Below, one piece after another: positions 37,399-48,010 of a DNA stretch of 64,000 nt (position 1 is its first letter; each line of letters begins with the position of its first letter). Both the position numbers and the translations under genes were made by a program. This DNA comes from Candidatus Levybacteria bacterium RIFCSPHIGHO2_01_FULL_36_15b. Its GTDB lineage: Bacteria; Patescibacteriota; Microgenomatia; Levybacterales; UBA12049. The notes under the pieces are model-generated. The model had not been told where the DNA came from. It did no database searches and saw only the letters and a list, made by a program, of their open reading frames with translations. Location: contig MFNK01000012.1 in NCBI GenBank assembly GCA_001782045.1, forward strand, positions 21,753-85,752, in the 5' to 3' direction.

Positions 37399-39606
37399 GT
37401 GAAAAACAACCAAAATTTTAAAAATTTTATTAGTAAATTAAGAAAACTTTCAAGAATTAGAGTTGTAGCACTTGTAATTTTAATATTCTTTTTTGCGGCT
37501 TTCTATTTCTTTATCCTAAAGGACCTTCCACTTCCAACCAAGCTTTCTTCATCTTCTAACCCGGAAACAAGCGTAGTGTATGACAGAAATGGAAAGCTTT
37601 TGTATCAGATTTACGATAAAAGAAACCAAATATCAATTCCTATTTCAAACATTCCGGAAAATCTGAAAGAAGCAACAATTGCAATTGAGGATAAAAACTT
37701 TTATCACCATGGCGCGATAGACTTAAGAGGAATGACAAGAGCTGTCGTTTCAATCTTATTCAAGCAGCAAATTCAAGGAGGCTCAACCCTAACACAACAA
37801 CTTGTAAAAAATAGTCTTCTTACCCAAGAAAGAACTATTCCAAGAAAAATTAAAGAAATAATTCTTTCTTTCGCAACTGAATTTCTATATTCCAAAAACC
37901 AAATTTTGGAAATGTATCTTAATCAGACTCCATATGGCGGCCCTGCATACGGAGTTGAAGCAGCTTCTGAGGCTTATTTCGGAAAACATGCCAAAGATTT
38001 AACACTGGCAGAAGCTGCGCTTCTTGCCGGACTACCTCAGTCTCCAACCCGCTATTCACCTTTTGGCGCCCATCCCGAATTTGCCAAAAAAAGACAAGTA
38101 GAAGTTCTAAAAAATATGCAAGAAGCAGGTTACATAACAGAAAAAGAAAGAGAAAAAGCGCAGGAAGAAAAACTTAAGTATAAAACCATTGCTACACAAA
38201 TAAATGCACCTCATTTTGTTTTGTATATAAAAGATTTATTAATTGAAAAATACGGGGAAAAAGCAGTTGAGGAAGGTGGACTTAAGGTGACGACAACCCT
38301 CGATTTAAATGTTCAAGAGGCTGCAGAAGCATCTGTTGCCGCTGAGATAGAAAGCCTACCAAAATATTATCATGTAACTAACGGCGCTGCTTTGGTTACA
38401 GATCCCTCTACTGGAGAAATTCTTGCGATGGTTGGGAGCAAAAATTATTTCGATACTTCAATTGATGGAAACGTAAACTTAACAACTTCTCTTCGCCAGC
38501 CGGGTTCCTCTATTAAACCTATAAACTATGCAGCAGGACTTGCTAATAATTACAACGCTGCTACGGCTTTCGTAGATCAGCCGACTTGTTTTGCAAATCA
38601 AGGAGGAAGAAATTATTGTCCGCAAAACTATGATAATAAGTGGCATGGTTTGGTACAAATGAGAGATGCACTAGGCAATTCTTTTAATATACCTGCAGTA
38701 AAAATGCTAAAAGCCAATGGAATATCGACAATGATTGCAACAGCATCTGCAATGGGAATAACTACTTTTAAAGACCCAGTCAATTACGGCCTTTCTCTAA
38801 CCCTGGGAGGGGGAGAAGTAAAAATGACAGAAATGGCTACCGCGTTTGGGGTTTTTGCCAATGGTGGATATAGGATTAATTTGCATCCTATCTTAAAAAT
38901 AGTAGACAAAAAAGGGAAAGTCTTAGAAGAATACTCTGCTCCTAAAAGTCCAATATTCGGAAAAAGAGTGTTAGACAACGGAGTTGCATTTATAATTTCC
39001 GATATTTTGTCAGATAACGGCGCAAGAACACAAGCATTTGGGTCTAATTCAGAACTTAGAATTGATAACAAGGTAGTTTCTGTAAAAACAGGAACCACTA
39101 ATGATTATAGGGATAACTGGACAATAGGATATACGCCTTCTGTATTAGTCGCTACTTGGGTAGGAAATAATGACAATACCAGAATGAGCGGTGTCGTTTC
39201 AGGCGTAACGGGAGCTGCGCCAATTTGGAATGATATTATGTCATTTCTTTTGAAAGACAAGCCTTCGCAGCCACCATCAAGGCCTGCTTCGGTCGTGCAA
39301 AAAAAGGTGTGTGTTGATACGGGAGTAATAGCGTCTTTAGAAAACGGAGTGGGTTGTCAAACAAGACTGGAATACTTTATTAAGGGTACGGAATCAAAAA
39401 CAGGCTCCATCGCTTCAAGAGATATATGGATTAAAAAAAATTCCGATGACTTACCGCAACCCGATGATACTCAAGATGTAGAGCTCAAAAGCTCCAGAGT
39501 TTATATAGATCCTGTTGGCGATTTATACTGCCTAGACTGCAAAAAACCATCTGGAGTTCCAACTGTCAAATCGTCTCCAACCCCTTCCCCAACTTCTACA
39601 CCTTAA
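37399..39606 (+). CDS. Class A penicillin-binding protein (bifunctional transglycosylase/transpeptidase), copy 1
   Basis: GT51 motifs IAIEDKNFYHHGAID and GGSTLTQQL. Transpeptidase motifs SSIKP (SxxK), SFN and KTGTT. Confidence 0.85.
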   Translation: MKNNQNFKNFISKLRKLSRIRVVALVILIFFFAAFYFFILKDLPLPTKLSSSSNPETSVVYDRNGKLLYQIYDKRNQISIPISNIPENLKEATIAIEDKNFYHHGAIDLRGMTRAVVSILFKQQIQGGSTLTQQLVKNSLLTQERTIPRKIKEIILSFATEFLYSKNQILEMYLNQTPYGGPAYGVEAASEAYFGKHAKDLTLAEAALLAGLPQSPTRYSPFGAHPEFAKKRQVEVLKNMQEAGYITEKEREKAQEEKLKYKTIATQINAPHFVLYIKDLLIEKYGEKAVEEGGLKVTTTLDLNVQEAAEASVAAEIESLPKYYHVTNGAALVTDPSTGEILAMVGSKNYFDTSIDGNVNLTTSLRQPGSSIKPINYAAGLANNYNAATAFVDQPTCFANQGGRNYCPQNYDNKWHGLVQMRDALGNSFNIPAVKMLKANGISTMIATASAMGITTFKDPVNYGLSLTLGGGEVKMTEMATAFGVFANGGYRINLHPILKIVDKKGKVLEEYSAPKSPIFGKRVLDNGVAFIISDILSDNGARTQAFGSNSELRIDNKVVSVKTGTTNDYRDNWTIGYTPSVLVATWVGNNDNTRMSGVVSGVTGAAPIWNDIMSFLLKDKPSQPPSRPASVVQKKVCVDTGVIASLENGVGCQTRLEYFIKGTESKTGSIASRDIWIKKNSDDLPQPDDTQDVELKSSRVYIDPVGDLYCLDCKKPSGVPTVKSSPTPSPTSTP

Positions 39607-39646
39607 TTTTGCCCCTTTTCAAAAAAGTATACCTATAGTATAATCC

Positions 39647-41926
39647 GTGCAACTCCTTCTTGGTATGAAATTTTTAATAATTTTTATTAATGATTTACTA
39701 TATATTCTGTCCTCAATCGGAGATCTTGTACTCTTCTATTTAAAGCTTGTCTTTTGGCTAATAAGAAAGTTATTTGAACCATTATCTAATAAAATTTTAC
39801 AAGCTGGCCTATTTTTTAAAAACACCAAAGACAATATTGATAAAAAAGCTAAGCTTGCCGCTTTTAGATTTTTCTTATCCTATAAGTCTTTGAGGTCTAA
39901 ATTGTTTAAAAGCTCCAAGAGGGTAAAAGCTAAAAAAAAGGAAAAGCAAATAACTATTTACCCAGCTCCCCGAAATATTTTACTAAAATTAAGGTTTTTT
40001 ATCTTCGGGTTTCTAGTCTGTTTTGTATTTATAATGATTCCGCTTTCGTTATATCTTTTAGTTAATAGTCTTCCCAATCCAAAGAGTCTTTCAAACAGAG
40101 AAATTCCTCAAACAACAAAAATTTATGACAGAAACGGAAAGCTTTTGTATCAAATTTACGCAAATGAAAACAGAACTCTGGTGCCACTCTCACAAATTCC
40201 CAAAAACTTAATAAATGCAACTATTTCAATAGAAGATAAGGACTTTTATAAAAATCCTGGATTTGATGTTGCTGGCATAACAAGAGCAGCAATTGCTGAT
40301 CTTTCCGGAAAACCCATTCAAGGAGGCTCCACAATTACTCAGCAGTTAATTAAATCTACTCTTTTGACCCCCGAGGTAAGTATTACAAGAAAAGTTAAGG
40401 AAATAATACTAGCTTTCTGGGCTGAGCGAATTTACAAAAAAAACGAGATATTGGAAATGTATTTTAATCAGGTGCCTTATGGCGGAACAGCTTGGGGCGT
40501 AGAAGCAGCATCGGAAACTTATTTTGGGAAAAACGTCAGGGAACTTAGCCTAGCAGAAAGCGCATTTTTAGCCGGAATGCCACAAGCTCCTACTACCTAT
40601 TCTCCATACGGACAAAATCCTAATTTATGGAAAAAGCGCCAAATTGATGTTTTATCAAAAATGAAAAACTTAAAATATATATCAGAGGAAAATATGCAGG
40701 AAGCATTAACAGAAGAGCTTGTTTTCCAATCCCCAAGAACTCCTATTTACGCTCCTCATTTTGTAATGTATGTGAAAGATTTACTAATTCAAAAGTATGG
40801 ACTTCCTATGGTAGAAAAAGGAGGCTTAAATGTAATTACTACTCTCGATTTAAATACGCAGAATATGGCGCAAGAAGTAGTAACTACAGAAGTTGACAAT
40901 AACTGGTACCTTAATTTAACAAATGGCTCGGCTTTGGTTACAAATCCTAAAAACGGTGATATTTTGGCAATGGTAGGAAGCAGAGACTACAACGATCCTA
41001 ATGGCGGAAATGTAAATCTAACTACCGCACTGCGGCAACCTGGTTCATCTATAAAAGTTGTCACGTATGCAGCAGCGTTATCTAATGGTTTTACTGCAGC
41101 AACAGTGCTTGATGATTCTCCAGTCGTCTATCAAATTCCGGGCTCTGTTCCATATGCTCCGGTTAATTATGACGGAGGATTTCATGGAAAAGTGCCTTTA
41201 AGAATTGCTTTTGCAAACTCTTTCAATATTCCCGCAGTAAAAACCCTTGCTAAAATTGGGGTTCCCACAATGGTTGAAACAGCCAAAAAAATGGGAATTA
41301 CAACATGGAAATCTGCTGATAATTATGGCCTTTCGATAACGCTGGGAGCCGCAGAAGTTAAGATGACAGAACTTGCAACAGTTTATGGAACCGTTGCAAA
41401 CTTAGGAGAAAAAGTAGAATTAAACCCTTTTTTAAAAATAACAAATAAGGGCGGAGACGTATTTTATCAAAAAGAAAATGTAACGGGTAAGAAAGTTATA
41501 GATCCCGGAGTTGCATATATTATTTCGAACATTCTCTCTGATAATGGAGCTCGTTCAATAGAATTTGGAACTAGTTCGCCGCTTAACATTCCCGGACGTG
41601 TAGTTTCGGTTAAAACAGGTACAACTGATAACAAAAGAGATAACTGGACGGTTGGTTTTACTCCTGACTTATTAGTCGCTGTTTGGGTTGGAAATAATGA
41701 TAATTCTCCAATGAGTCCTTCTCTTGCATCCGGAATTACTGGAGCAGCACCAATTTGGAATAAAATTCTCACTAATTTAATAGCAAAGGAAAAAAGCGTA
41801 TTAGTTTCTACTCCACCTAATATAGTTTTAAAAAAATGCGGAAGCCGAATGGAATATTTTATAAAAGGGACAGAAAATCTTGCAAGTTGCTATTCAATAG
41901 CAACTCCTAGTGGAAAACCTATTTAG
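39647..41926 (+). CDS. Class A penicillin-binding protein, copy 2 (tandem paralog)
   Basis: The same motif set: ISIEDKDFYKNPGFD, GGSTITQQL, SSIKV, KTGTT. Confidence 0.85.
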   Translation: MQLLLGMKFLIIFINDLLYILSSIGDLVLFYLKLVFWLIRKLFEPLSNKILQAGLFFKNTKDNIDKKAKLAAFRFFLSYKSLRSKLFKSSKRVKAKKKEKQITIYPAPRNILLKLRFFIFGFLVCFVFIMIPLSLYLLVNSLPNPKSLSNREIPQTTKIYDRNGKLLYQIYANENRTLVPLSQIPKNLINATISIEDKDFYKNPGFDVAGITRAAIADLSGKPIQGGSTITQQLIKSTLLTPEVSITRKVKEIILAFWAERIYKKNEILEMYFNQVPYGGTAWGVEAASETYFGKNVRELSLAESAFLAGMPQAPTTYSPYGQNPNLWKKRQIDVLSKMKNLKYISEENMQEALTEELVFQSPRTPIYAPHFVMYVKDLLIQKYGLPMVEKGGLNVITTLDLNTQNMAQEVVTTEVDNNWYLNLTNGSALVTNPKNGDILAMVGSRDYNDPNGGNVNLTTALRQPGSSIKVVTYAAALSNGFTAATVLDDSPVVYQIPGSVPYAPVNYDGGFHGKVPLRIAFANSFNIPAVKTLAKIGVPTMVETAKKMGITTWKSADNYGLSITLGAAEVKMTELATVYGTVANLGEKVELNPFLKITNKGGDVFYQKENVTGKKVIDPGVAYIISNILSDNGARSIEFGTSSPLNIPGRVVSVKTGTTDNKRDNWTVGFTPDLLVAVWVGNNDNSPMSPSLASGITGAAPIWNKILTNLIAKEKSVLVSTPPNIVLKKCGSRMEYFIKGTENLASCYSIATPSGKPI

Positions 41927-42563
41927 AGTAGTCCACTAAATTGACAAGTTTTTTAAAGGACTCGAGAGGGTTTCCTGAGAACAGAAAACTTGTAGAAACA
42001 AACCTATCCGCGCCCATCTTTTGAAGCTCAACTATATTTGAATCATTTATTCCTCCATCGATTTCGATGGGAATAAAAGTTTTGGACTTAAGAGCTTGTA
42101 ATTTTCCAAACACCCTAGTTTGCATTTGTTGTCCCGATTCTCCAGCTTTTACTCCCATAAGAAGAAGACAATCTAAGTCTTCCAGATTAATTTTTAAGTC
42201 CGCTGGATTTGTGTCAATATCCAAAGCCAATCCTACTTCCCCAAGAAGCTGACCCTTTGCAACAAATTCTGCGATATCTGGCATTTTTTCAACATGTCCC
42301 AAAAATCTTTTAAAGCCGGCGTCTGCAAAAGGTTCTAAAAACTTAAGAGGATTATCAACCATAAAGTGAGCCTCAAAGAATATCTCATTTGAGTATTTTG
42401 AAAAAGGTTTGGGATCTAAAAATGTCTGATTTTTTGCAAAAACTCCGTCAATTATATCTATGTGGATTGTTTTAGATAATATTTTTGCGGTTTCTATTTT
42501 TTTTTCAATGTCTTCCCATTTTGTTTCCAAAATTCCGGGAATAATCTTATTCATTGCTCTCAA
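41919..42563 (-). CDS. rpe: Ribulose-phosphate 3-epimerase-like TIM-barrel protein
   Basis: IIPGILETKWED...HIDIIDGVF and GADRFV motifs. 214 aa. Confidence 0.65.
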   Translation of the reverse strand: MRAMNKIIPGILETKWEDIEKKIETAKILSKTIHIDIIDGVFAKNQTFLDPKPFSKYSNEIFFEAHFMVDNPLKFLEPFADAGFKRFLGHVEKMPDIAEFVAKGQLLGEVGLALDIDTNPADLKINLEDLDCLLLMGVKAGESGQQMQTRVFGKLQALKSKTFIPIEIDGGINDSNIVELQKMGADRFVSTSFLFSGNPLESFKKLVNLVDYSK

Positions 42564-42993
42564 ATTCTTTTATTTTGTCTATCCTTCTTTGATGGTTTTC
42601 AGAATTTATATATTGAGTATCCAAAAACGCATCTGCTAGTTCTTTAGCTTTTTCAAAATCTGTAAAATCTGAGGCAATAGCAAGTACATTAATATCGTCT
42701 GCCTCTCTTGCTTTTTGAACTTGCTCTTTTGATTGTCCAAGGCTGCACCTTATGCCCTTTACCTTATTAGAGGCTACTTCAACTCCCGCTCCCGAACCAC
42801 AAATAACTATCCCTTTGTCTTGCATGTTTTGGGAAATTTTTTTTCCTACATCAACTGCATAATCAACAAAATCGTCATTGTCTATAAATTGGGTTGCGCC
42901 CAAATCTTCTGTCTCATGTTTTTGAGACAAATAATTAACTAGTTTATTTTTTAACTCAAAACCTCTGTGATCTGCCGCAAGATAAATCTTCAT
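42547..42993 (-). CDS. rpiB: Ribose-5-phosphate isomerase B
   Basis: MKIYLAADHRGFELK...GIVICGSGAGVEVASNK. Confidence 0.8.
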   Translation of the reverse strand: MKIYLAADHRGFELKNKLVNYLSQKHETEDLGATQFIDNDDFVDYAVDVGKKISQNMQDKGIVICGSGAGVEVASNKVKGIRCSLGQSKEQVQKAREADDINVLAIASDFTDFEKAKELADAFLDTQYINSENHQRRIDKIKEFESNE

Positions 42994-43565
42994 TACTTAC
43001 CTATTATAACAAGAGCGTTGGAGGAAAAACTATTAGAAAGGTTTGAGGACGCGCTACCAACGGTATATGTAAAACCCAAATCTTTTTTCAAAAGATTTAA
43101 ATAGTCAGTCTTTGCCGATTTAACTTGTATAGATACATTTTGGTATTCGAAATTATCGGCATTTCCTGTTCCAACAACATTATATCCGAGGTTTTTTAAC
43201 GTATCTGAGCCTTTTGAAGCCGCCCCTGCTTCACCGCTTCCGTTTTGAACAGTGACGGAAAGCTCGCTTCTATCAAGACCTGATTGTGTATCCACAGGGT
43301 TTATTGTGGGCTTGGGAGTTGGGGTGTTTGTTGAGGAAGGAGTTGGAGAATCACTTGGGGAAGGAATTGATATTTCTGTAGGAAAAACTGTGGGGGTTAA
43401 AACTTGCGGTTTATCATTTACGCTTTCGTTTGTTGAACCCAGGATTTTAAAAGTAAAAAATATTAATAAAGCGAAAACGGCAAGAGCTAAGTAGATAAAT
43501 TTTTTATTTATCTTTCTTTTGGGCTGGGAAAATGTTGGAACCGACTCAAGCGGTGCTTCTTCCAT
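42993..43565 (-). CDS. LytR_C-domain (LCP-associated) membrane protein with P/T/S-rich linker (start taken at MEEAPLES)
   Basis: One TM helix, then a PTPS-rich linker, then a C-terminal block LSVTVQNGSGEAGAASKGSDTLKNLGYNV typical of the LytR C-terminal domain. Confidence 0.5.
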   Translation of the reverse strand: MEEAPLESVPTFSQPKRKINKKFIYLALAVFALLIFFTFKILGSTNESVNDKPQVLTPTVFPTEISIPSPSDSPTPSSTNTPTPKPTINPVDTQSGLDRSELSVTVQNGSGEAGAASKGSDTLKNLGYNVVGTGNADNFEYQNVSIQVKSAKTDYLNLLKKDLGFTYTVGSASSNLSNSFSSNALVIIGK

Positions 43566-43650
43566 ATCCTGCCTTTCAAGCGCAAGAGTATCAAAATTTT
43601 TTTTATTTTGCAAGGTGCTATTTAAGATTGTTTGGTATAATAAGAACTCA

Positions 43651-45297
43651 ATGAAAAAAATACTTGCCCTAGCATTTCTGACTCTTTTTACTTTTCTTTT
43701 TTCTGTTATAAACGTTCCCCAAGGTTTAACAGATGAACTTGACGATATCACTAAGCAAATAAATGACCTTACTAATGCGCTAAATATGTCAATAAGCGCA
43801 ACAAAACCACTGGAAACCGAGGTAAACTCAATAAAAAATAGAGTTACTGTAATAGAGAAGGATTTGATAGTTAAGGAAAAAAATATAGAAGACGGGTATA
43901 AAAATCTTGAAAAGGAATATCAAATTCTAAATGAAACAATAAGAGACTACTATATAAAAAGCTACTATAATTCTCCCCTTCTTATACTGCTTAGTTCAAA
44001 TTCGGCATCCGAACTTACTCAGATTTTGGGATATCAAAGGGCAACTGCAGATAGAGATAAGGCAATAATAACAAACATCGTGCTTTCTATATCATCCCTT
44101 GAAGAAAGAAAAAAAGAGCTAGAAAGCGAAAAAGGAAGAATCGTAGTTATCAAGGATAAACTATCTAAAATTATAGGCGAAGCAAAGACTTATCAGGCAG
44201 ATCTTTCCGGTAAAATTGCAGACCTTTCCGCACGACAACAAGAAATTATTAACTCCAGGTCGGGAAGTTTTACAGCAACAATAGGAGACAGTAATCTTGC
44301 CGATGATTATAACGCTTCTATTAACGGTTTTAGGGCATCTGCTCCGAGTGGATATTTTGCTGCGTTCTCATTTGGTGCCTTCACCCATAGAAAGGGCATG
44401 AGTCAGTATGGAGCAAGAGGAAGAGCAATGAATGGACAAAGCGCAAATCAAATACTTTCAAAGTACTATGGCAAAGAACCTGTAAACAAGGACACGGGTG
44501 GAGATATCAGTGTTTCGGGTTTTGGATCTATGAATTTTGAAGATAGATACTTAATGGGCATAGCTGAAATGCCTTCAACTTGGCACCCGGAAGCATTAAA
44601 AGCCCAGGCTATTGCAGCAAGAACCTATGCTTACAGATATAAGGTCGAAGGAAAAGAGATATGCACAACCGAGGCATGCCAAGTTTTCTCATCCAGCAAG
44701 GCTGACAACCCGCCACAGGCTTGGCGCGACGCTGTAAATTCTACCCGAGGACAAGTACTTGAAGACGTGGTTACATATTATGCTTCAACTCATGGAGGCT
44801 TTACCACAACCTCCGGTTGGGATACAACCGATGGATCTGGGGGCTCAAGCTTTACAGATAAGGCGTGGGACGGAAAGGGCGGATCGCCATGGCTTTATAA
44901 AGCATGGTATACACAGGGCTACAGCACCGGGTCGGATAAATGTGGAAGGTCAAATCCCTGGCTTTCGCCGGAAGAAATGGCGGATATTGTAAACGCTGCA
45001 ATAGCTCTTAAGACAGGCGGCATTGATACTTCAAGAATTACACCAGTTACCACTTCCTGCTGGGGAGGAAATCCTTATTCTATGGATGAGTTACGAAACC
45101 TAGTTTCCGGAAATGGAGGGATATCCTCAGCCACATCTGTTTCTGTTTCGCAAGGCGACGGAACTACAAATAATGTGACAATAAATGGAATAAGTTTTAG
45201 TGGTTCTGAGTTTAAAAAAGCGTTTAATTTAAGGGCTCCAGGTCGACTTTCTATTCCTCAGTCAGGATTTGCTTTCTTTAATATAGAGAAAAAATAG
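43651..45297 (+). CDS. SpoIID/LytB-domain protein with N-terminal coiled coil (start taken at MKKILALAF)
   Basis: Signal/TM segment, a long coiled coil, then GMSQYGARGRA...AARTYAYRY (SpoIID/LytB amidase-enhancer domain). Confidence 0.65.
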   Translation: MKKILALAFLTLFTFLFSVINVPQGLTDELDDITKQINDLTNALNMSISATKPLETEVNSIKNRVTVIEKDLIVKEKNIEDGYKNLEKEYQILNETIRDYYIKSYYNSPLLILLSSNSASELTQILGYQRATADRDKAIITNIVLSISSLEERKKELESEKGRIVVIKDKLSKIIGEAKTYQADLSGKIADLSARQQEIINSRSGSFTATIGDSNLADDYNASINGFRASAPSGYFAAFSFGAFTHRKGMSQYGARGRAMNGQSANQILSKYYGKEPVNKDTGGDISVSGFGSMNFEDRYLMGIAEMPSTWHPEALKAQAIAARTYAYRYKVEGKEICTTEACQVFSSSKADNPPQAWRDAVNSTRGQVLEDVVTYYASTHGGFTTTSGWDTTDGSGGSSFTDKAWDGKGGSPWLYKAWYTQGYSTGSDKCGRSNPWLSPEEMADIVNAAIALKTGGIDTSRITPVTTSCWGGNPYSMDELRNLVSGNGGISSATSVSVSQGDGTTNNVTINGISFSGSEFKKAFNLRAPGRLSIPQSGFAFFNIEKK

Positions 45298-45394
45298 ATG
45301 GATTATTATTACTTTTATTGACAAGCCTTGTTATACTATAAGAAGATAATGATGCGTTCGACCTGCTCAGCATCATATTGAGTATAATCAAAAT

Positions 45395-47149
45395 ATGACG
45401 AGTGCAAATCTTACTTTTGCCAAAGTTGTAGCTAATCCAACATCCATGGGTTGGTCGCAAGTTTATAGCGCCGGAAAGCTTTTTTCTGCAATTTCCCTTG
45501 AAAAAGGACAGGAGACAGAAGAAAAAGACTATCTGAATATTTTGGGTAAAGAGATTCTAAATACTCTAGAGCAGGAATTTTTCACCCTAGAAACTAAAGA
45601 TCAGGAATCAATCCGCAAAGCAGTGCTCTCCACTTCTCAGAAAATACCAGAAGAAGTAAAAGTATCTTTTGTCACAGGAGCTGTCGTTGGAAACGTTTTA
45701 TACCTTTTTATAATGGGAAGCGGAAAAGTAGATATTAAAAGAGGCCAAACACTAGGCACTCTTTTAGAGGCAAAAGAAGAAGAGGGAAAAGATCTAAAAG
45801 AAGCATCGGGTTTCTTACAAGACCAGGATATAATAATACTTGAGACAAAAGCATTTAGCGATGAAATTTCAGAATCTACTCTTTTGGAATTTTTAGAAAA
45901 GCCCTCAATTGATGAAGCTGCAGAAAACCTTGCGCCGCTTGTGCACGAGAAAGAAAATTCTTTAGTTTCATCTATTCTTGTTTCCTATAAAGAGGCGGAA
46001 GAAGTAGATGAAGAAGAGGCAGTTGTTGCGCCTGTTAGCGATGAAGCTGCAGAAGAAAAGATGGAAGACAAAAAAGAGGTTGAAAAAGAAGAAGCTCCGT
46101 CTTCCCCATCGGTTTTCCCAAATTTAAAAAGACCTAATTTTAGACGTCCGTTAAGATTAAGAGGAACAAGAAATTTAATTGTTCTTTTAATCATTGCTGT
46201 AATTGTTGTTTTTGCAATAAGCATTATATTTGCAGTCAAAAAACAGGAGAATGATAAATTAATTGCTGCATTTAATTCTGTATATCCGGCTGCAGAAAAA
46301 AAATATAATGAAGGAGAAAGTCTGGTCGATTTAAATCAGGCTTTAGCAAGAGACAGTTTTCTAGAAGCAAAAAAAATTCTTGATGACTCAAAAGATAAAT
46401 TTCCAAAAGATTCAAGTCAGCAAAAACAAATAGAAGGCTTGTCAACAAAGGTAGATTCTGCCCTAAAAGATACTGCAAAAGCAAGTGAAAAAGAAGCAAA
46501 AGAGGTAAGCAAAAGCGAAAGTCCTTATTTATCTGCTATTTTAGACACAAAAGCACTGTCTTTTGCAAAAGACGAAAAAAATGTATATTACGTAACTTCA
46601 AACGGATTATTTTCCCTGGCAAACGGATCTAAATCGGAAAAATCGTTAGTAGAAAATAATGATGACTGGACAAGCGTCGGAGGACTAGCAACATATAATA
46701 CAAATTTATACGTAGTTGAAAAAAGCGACAATCAAATTCTAAAATTTGTTAACACAGGAAGCGCATATGAAAAAACCGGATACTTCCCAACAAGCGTAAA
46801 AGTTGATTTTTCAAAAGCAGTTTCTGCAACGATTGATAATAATATCTATGTACTTTTTTCTGACGGAACTGTTTCTAAATATTTCAAAGGCGTTAGAGTT
46901 GATTTTTCAATTAAGGGACTTGATAAATCCCTTAGTAATCCAACCAGAGTTTACTCGAATGCCGACTTTGACAATATTTATATTTTAGACAAGGGAAATA
47001 GTAGAATTGTAGTTATCGATAAAACCGGCAGTTTTAAAGCGCAATATCGGTCTAAAGTTATTTCAAACGCGGTTGATTTTGATGTATTAGAAGCTGATAA
47101 AAAAATCTATATCCTCTCGGGCGGAAAAATCTACGAAATAGAAATTTAA
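45395..47149 (+). CDS. Hypothetical membrane protein (central TM; C-terminal beta-rich repeat region)
   Basis: 584 aa with a TM at LIVLLIIAVIVVFAISIIFAV. No catalytic motif recognised. Confidence 0.4.
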   Translation: MTSANLTFAKVVANPTSMGWSQVYSAGKLFSAISLEKGQETEEKDYLNILGKEILNTLEQEFFTLETKDQESIRKAVLSTSQKIPEEVKVSFVTGAVVGNVLYLFIMGSGKVDIKRGQTLGTLLEAKEEEGKDLKEASGFLQDQDIIILETKAFSDEISESTLLEFLEKPSIDEAAENLAPLVHEKENSLVSSILVSYKEAEEVDEEEAVVAPVSDEAAEEKMEDKKEVEKEEAPSSPSVFPNLKRPNFRRPLRLRGTRNLIVLLIIAVIVVFAISIIFAVKKQENDKLIAAFNSVYPAAEKKYNEGESLVDLNQALARDSFLEAKKILDDSKDKFPKDSSQQKQIEGLSTKVDSALKDTAKASEKEAKEVSKSESPYLSAILDTKALSFAKDEKNVYYVTSNGLFSLANGSKSEKSLVENNDDWTSVGGLATYNTNLYVVEKSDNQILKFVNTGSAYEKTGYFPTSVKVDFSKAVSATIDNNIYVLFSDGTVSKYFKGVRVDFSIKGLDKSLSNPTRVYSNADFDNIYILDKGNSRIVVIDKTGSFKAQYRSKVISNAVDFDVLEADKKIYILSGGKIYEIEI

Positions 47150-47215
47150 TTTACAATTCGTCGGATTTCAATTATCATTGAGCTTAAGAAGTACATTTAG
47201 TGAGCCTTTCGAACC

Positions 47216-47647
47216 ATGAAAATTACAAACAGAAAAGCGTTTTTTGAATACGAAATCCTGGAAACCTTTGAAGCAGGGATTAATTTATATGGTCATGAAG
47301 TTAAATCAGCACGCTTAGGCAAGGCAGATTTGGCTGGGTCGTTTGTAAGAATTTTGGGAAGTGAAATATATCTTGTTAATGCAAAGATTTGGGAGTATCA
47401 ACCCGGACAAATAGAGGGATACGATGAGGGAAGAACAAGAAAACTCCTTTTGCACAAAAAACAGATTATTTCGCTTAAATCAAAAACAGAGGGTTCAAAC
47501 TTATCTTTGGTTCCAATTTCGATGTATTTAAAAAACGGGTTTATTAAAGTGGAGGTAGGACTAGGCCGTGGTAAGAAAAAGTACGAAAAAAGACAGGCTA
47601 TAAAAAAGAGAGATTTACAAAGAGATTTAGAAAGGGAGTTAGGTTAG
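47216..47647 (+). CDS. smpB: SsrA-binding protein
   Basis: N-terminus NRKAFFEYEILETFEAGI...GHEVKS and C-terminal K/R-rich tail. Confidence 0.9.
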   Translation: MKITNRKAFFEYEILETFEAGINLYGHEVKSARLGKADLAGSFVRILGSEIYLVNAKIWEYQPGQIEGYDEGRTRKLLLHKKQIISLKSKTEGSNLSLVPISMYLKNGFIKVEVGLGRGKKKYEKRQAIKKRDLQRDLERELG

Positions 47648-47926
47648 GCTCTTGCCCCCAAAAGAATAAGGAACTATTGCAAAAAGGGCGAAAGCGCAAG
47701 CAATAAACATATTTGTCATTGCATTTGATATGTTTCCCATTCCGTTTATTAAAAAACTAAACAAGCCTCCAAAAACTGCTGCTGCGGCCACAATCGTAAC
47801 AAATTTTCTTGTTGGTATGTTCTTCAGCTTTTTCCAGTCTTTCTGCACAAAATAAGCAATTAGAGTTCCAATCATTATAAATCCCAAAAGATTTGCTAAG
47901 TTGAATAATATATATAACCAGTCCAT
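47639..47926 (-). CDS. Small hypothetical membrane protein
   Basis: 95 aa with three hydrophobic helices. Confidence 0.35.
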   Translation of the reverse strand: MDWLYILFNLANLLGFIMIGTLIAYFVQKDWKKLKNIPTRKFVTIVAAAAVFGGLFSFLINGMGNISNAMTNMFIACAFALFAIVPYSFGGKSLT

Positions 47927-47977
47927 ATCTTTAAAACGTATTTTTACTAATTTTTATACAAATTAGTAAAATTTATA

Positions 47978-48003
47978 ATAAAAAACCCCGCGGTTAAGCA
48001 GGG
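47978..48003 (-). terminator. Hairpin CCCTGC-TTAACC-GCGGGG followed by a T-run, just 3' of the tmRNA
   Basis: Read on the minus strand immediately after the tmRNA 3' end. Confidence 0.4.
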
Positions 48004-48010
48004 TTTATTT

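Noticed and set aside
47978-48003. Reading the CCCCGCGG hairpin as part of the tmRNA
   Set aside because: It lies 3' of the acceptor/discriminator of the tmRNA and is followed by a T-run. It is more consistent with the transcript terminator than with the tRNA-like domain.
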